A DNA stretch of 63,970 bases, counting the filler, from Cercozoa sp. M6MM (Eukaryota > Protista > Endomyxa: Ascetosporea): NCBI GenBank assembly GCA_040357565.1. It is 12 parts of 12 records of this genome, joined end to end, with 100 filler letters (N's around TTAATTAATTAA, not from the genome) between each part and the next. Parts side by side here need not be neighbours in the genome. Positions count along the whole stretch, not along the records: positions 61,384 to 62,584 come from JBDODJ010002119.1; positions 62,685 to 63,970 come from JBDODJ010002076.1; 10 more parts are not named here. One strand, given 5' to 3'. Under the pieces are notes generated by a model, which was not told where the DNA came from, made no database searches, and saw nothing but the letters and a program-made list of their open reading frames with translations. The position numbers and the translations under genes are program-made. The number at the start of each line of letters is the position of its first letter. Positions within the stretch are counted from its first letter, which is position 1. Positions 62,542 to 63,970 of this stretch are shown piece by piece.

Positions 62542-62742
62542 TATACACAGGGGGGTAAACAGGGGGGTAAACAGGGGGTTAGGGNNNNNNNNNNNNNNNN
62601 NNNNNNNNNNNNNNNNNNNNNNNNNNNNTTAATTAATTAANNNNNNNNNNNNNNNNNNNNNNNNNNNNNNNNNNNNNNNNNNNNGTGTGGGGGGGGGGGG
62701 GGCAGAGGGTAGAGGTAAGGGTAAGGAGGGCGGGGAGGCTAC

Positions 62743-63920
62743 CTCGCGTTCCAACCGCTCGTCCGCACCAAGCGACTCGAACAACGTAGCACGTGACAGT
62801 GACAACAAAGACGAACTTTCACCGCAAACCTCAGCATAGAACTGCAAAGCCAATGGTGGCATGATACTCGAAATGCACAGCGGACACAGAAAGGACAACG
62901 AACGTGCTCGCGGAACAGGCCGGATATCGCTGTCGGACTCGGCGATGACGAGAGCTCGTCCAACCAAACATCAATAAACTCGTACAGCTGCTTCGCGACC
63001 AATGAGTGTGGCTCAGACGCCAGCAACGCAGCCAACCTGAGGACAGATTCAGACGTAGCAATTTGCCGAATTCCCAGTTTGCCAAAAAACCATATATAAA
63101 TAAAATTAACACAACACACAACACAACACAACGCAACACAACACAACACAATAACACACACAGTGACAGTTCGACACAACCTACATTGGAGCACCGAGTG
63201 TGGAACCGGAGTGGTCGCAGGCGCCAATCTCGTCAAACTGCACACCATGTAGATAAATTGAATCAAACCAGGAGCTCTGCAAAAAACTGACCAATTTCCC
63301 CATATACTTTCGCCACCGGTCCACCAGACTCGATTGTTTCGTGGAGTACAGGCGCAGGAAAGTAGTGCCCCGGCGGCGCAGTGCCTCCCCAAGCGTCCAG
63401 CAGTCCCCGTCACGGGCTCCTTCCGAGCAGTCCTCGTCCCCGGCTCCTTCCGAGCAGTTCTCCTCGTCCGAGTCCTGGCCGACGAGCCACACTCGCCGAG
63501 GGTCGTGGAGCAGCAGCCAGTCGCGAGCCGTCACGCCCGGAACCAGCTCTGCCCGGCCGAGTAAGAGGCTAGAACCGGGCTCCTGCGTCGGCGACTCCGA
63601 GACCTGTGGTGCCGACGACTCCCAGATCTGTCGTGCCGGTCAACATATTTACATTTTCGAAGCAGGAGCAAACAACAGCAACAGAAACAACTAACACACC
63701 AAAAAGTCAAAGGCAGGCGGCCACGTCCAAAGTCTAAATTTGTTCACCCAGTCAGCAGTCAATTCTCACGACACTCAAACGCCACGGCACAGGAAAGGTT
63801 AAAACTGACCCAACTGCCGTCTCGTAGCACTGACGGAGCACAGTGGTAAAGTCAGCGTCTTCCGTTGCAGGGAAGCCAATCCGAGTCCTGGGACGCACAC
63901 CGGCGAGATTGAGAGCCACC
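62743..63920 (-). CDS. Hypothetical protein fragment, multi-exon
   Basis: VALNLAGVRPRTRIGFP..., RDWLLLHDPRRVWLVG, short EDCSEGA repeats, SESVLRLAALLASEPHSLVAKQLYEFIDVWLDEL. Confidence 0.4.
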
Positions 63921-63922
63921 TG

Positions 63923-63969
<47 letters not shown>

Positions 63970-63970
63970 A

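Overview
Eukaryotic DNA from an unidentified microbial eukaryote with a gene-dense, intron-rich genome. The window is not one locus. It is about 12 contigs or scaffolds joined by an artificial linker (N44-TTAATTAATTAA-N44), plus internal 100-N gaps, so gene neighbourhood across linkers carries no information. Genes are split by many GT-AG introns: some tiny (about 27-50 nt), others inflated with micro/minisatellites such as (TG)n, (TTG)n and TTTACCCCCC-type repeats. Most long ORFs in the supplied track are read-through artefacts of these repeats. I spliced genes by hand, and all family calls are motif recognition from memory with no database search. Recognisable products: an RGS-domain protein, TCF25/Rqc1, a GT32-type glycosyltransferase, a TLDc protein, an Sfi1-like protein, a TLC-domain protein, a coiled-coil protein with a TQT/VQT array, a WSD-motif protein, an Upf1/Sen1-like SF1 helicase, two secreted Cys-rich repeat proteins, a DUF5765-like membrane protein, a secreted beta-helix-like protein, a soluble fumarate reductase, RGP1, prefoldin 3, TFB5, a Sec12-like WD40 protein and an F-BAR-like protein. 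The top lead is an ungapped 39-aa helical segment (15/39 identical, core R-A-L-A-x-x-A-A-x-L-R). It follows the signal peptide in two otherwise unrelated secreted proteins on different contigs, which suggests a modular leader-plus-cargo secreted family. Other leads are intron-containing genes resembling giant-virus or bacterial families, and intron repeats built from branch-point-like units.
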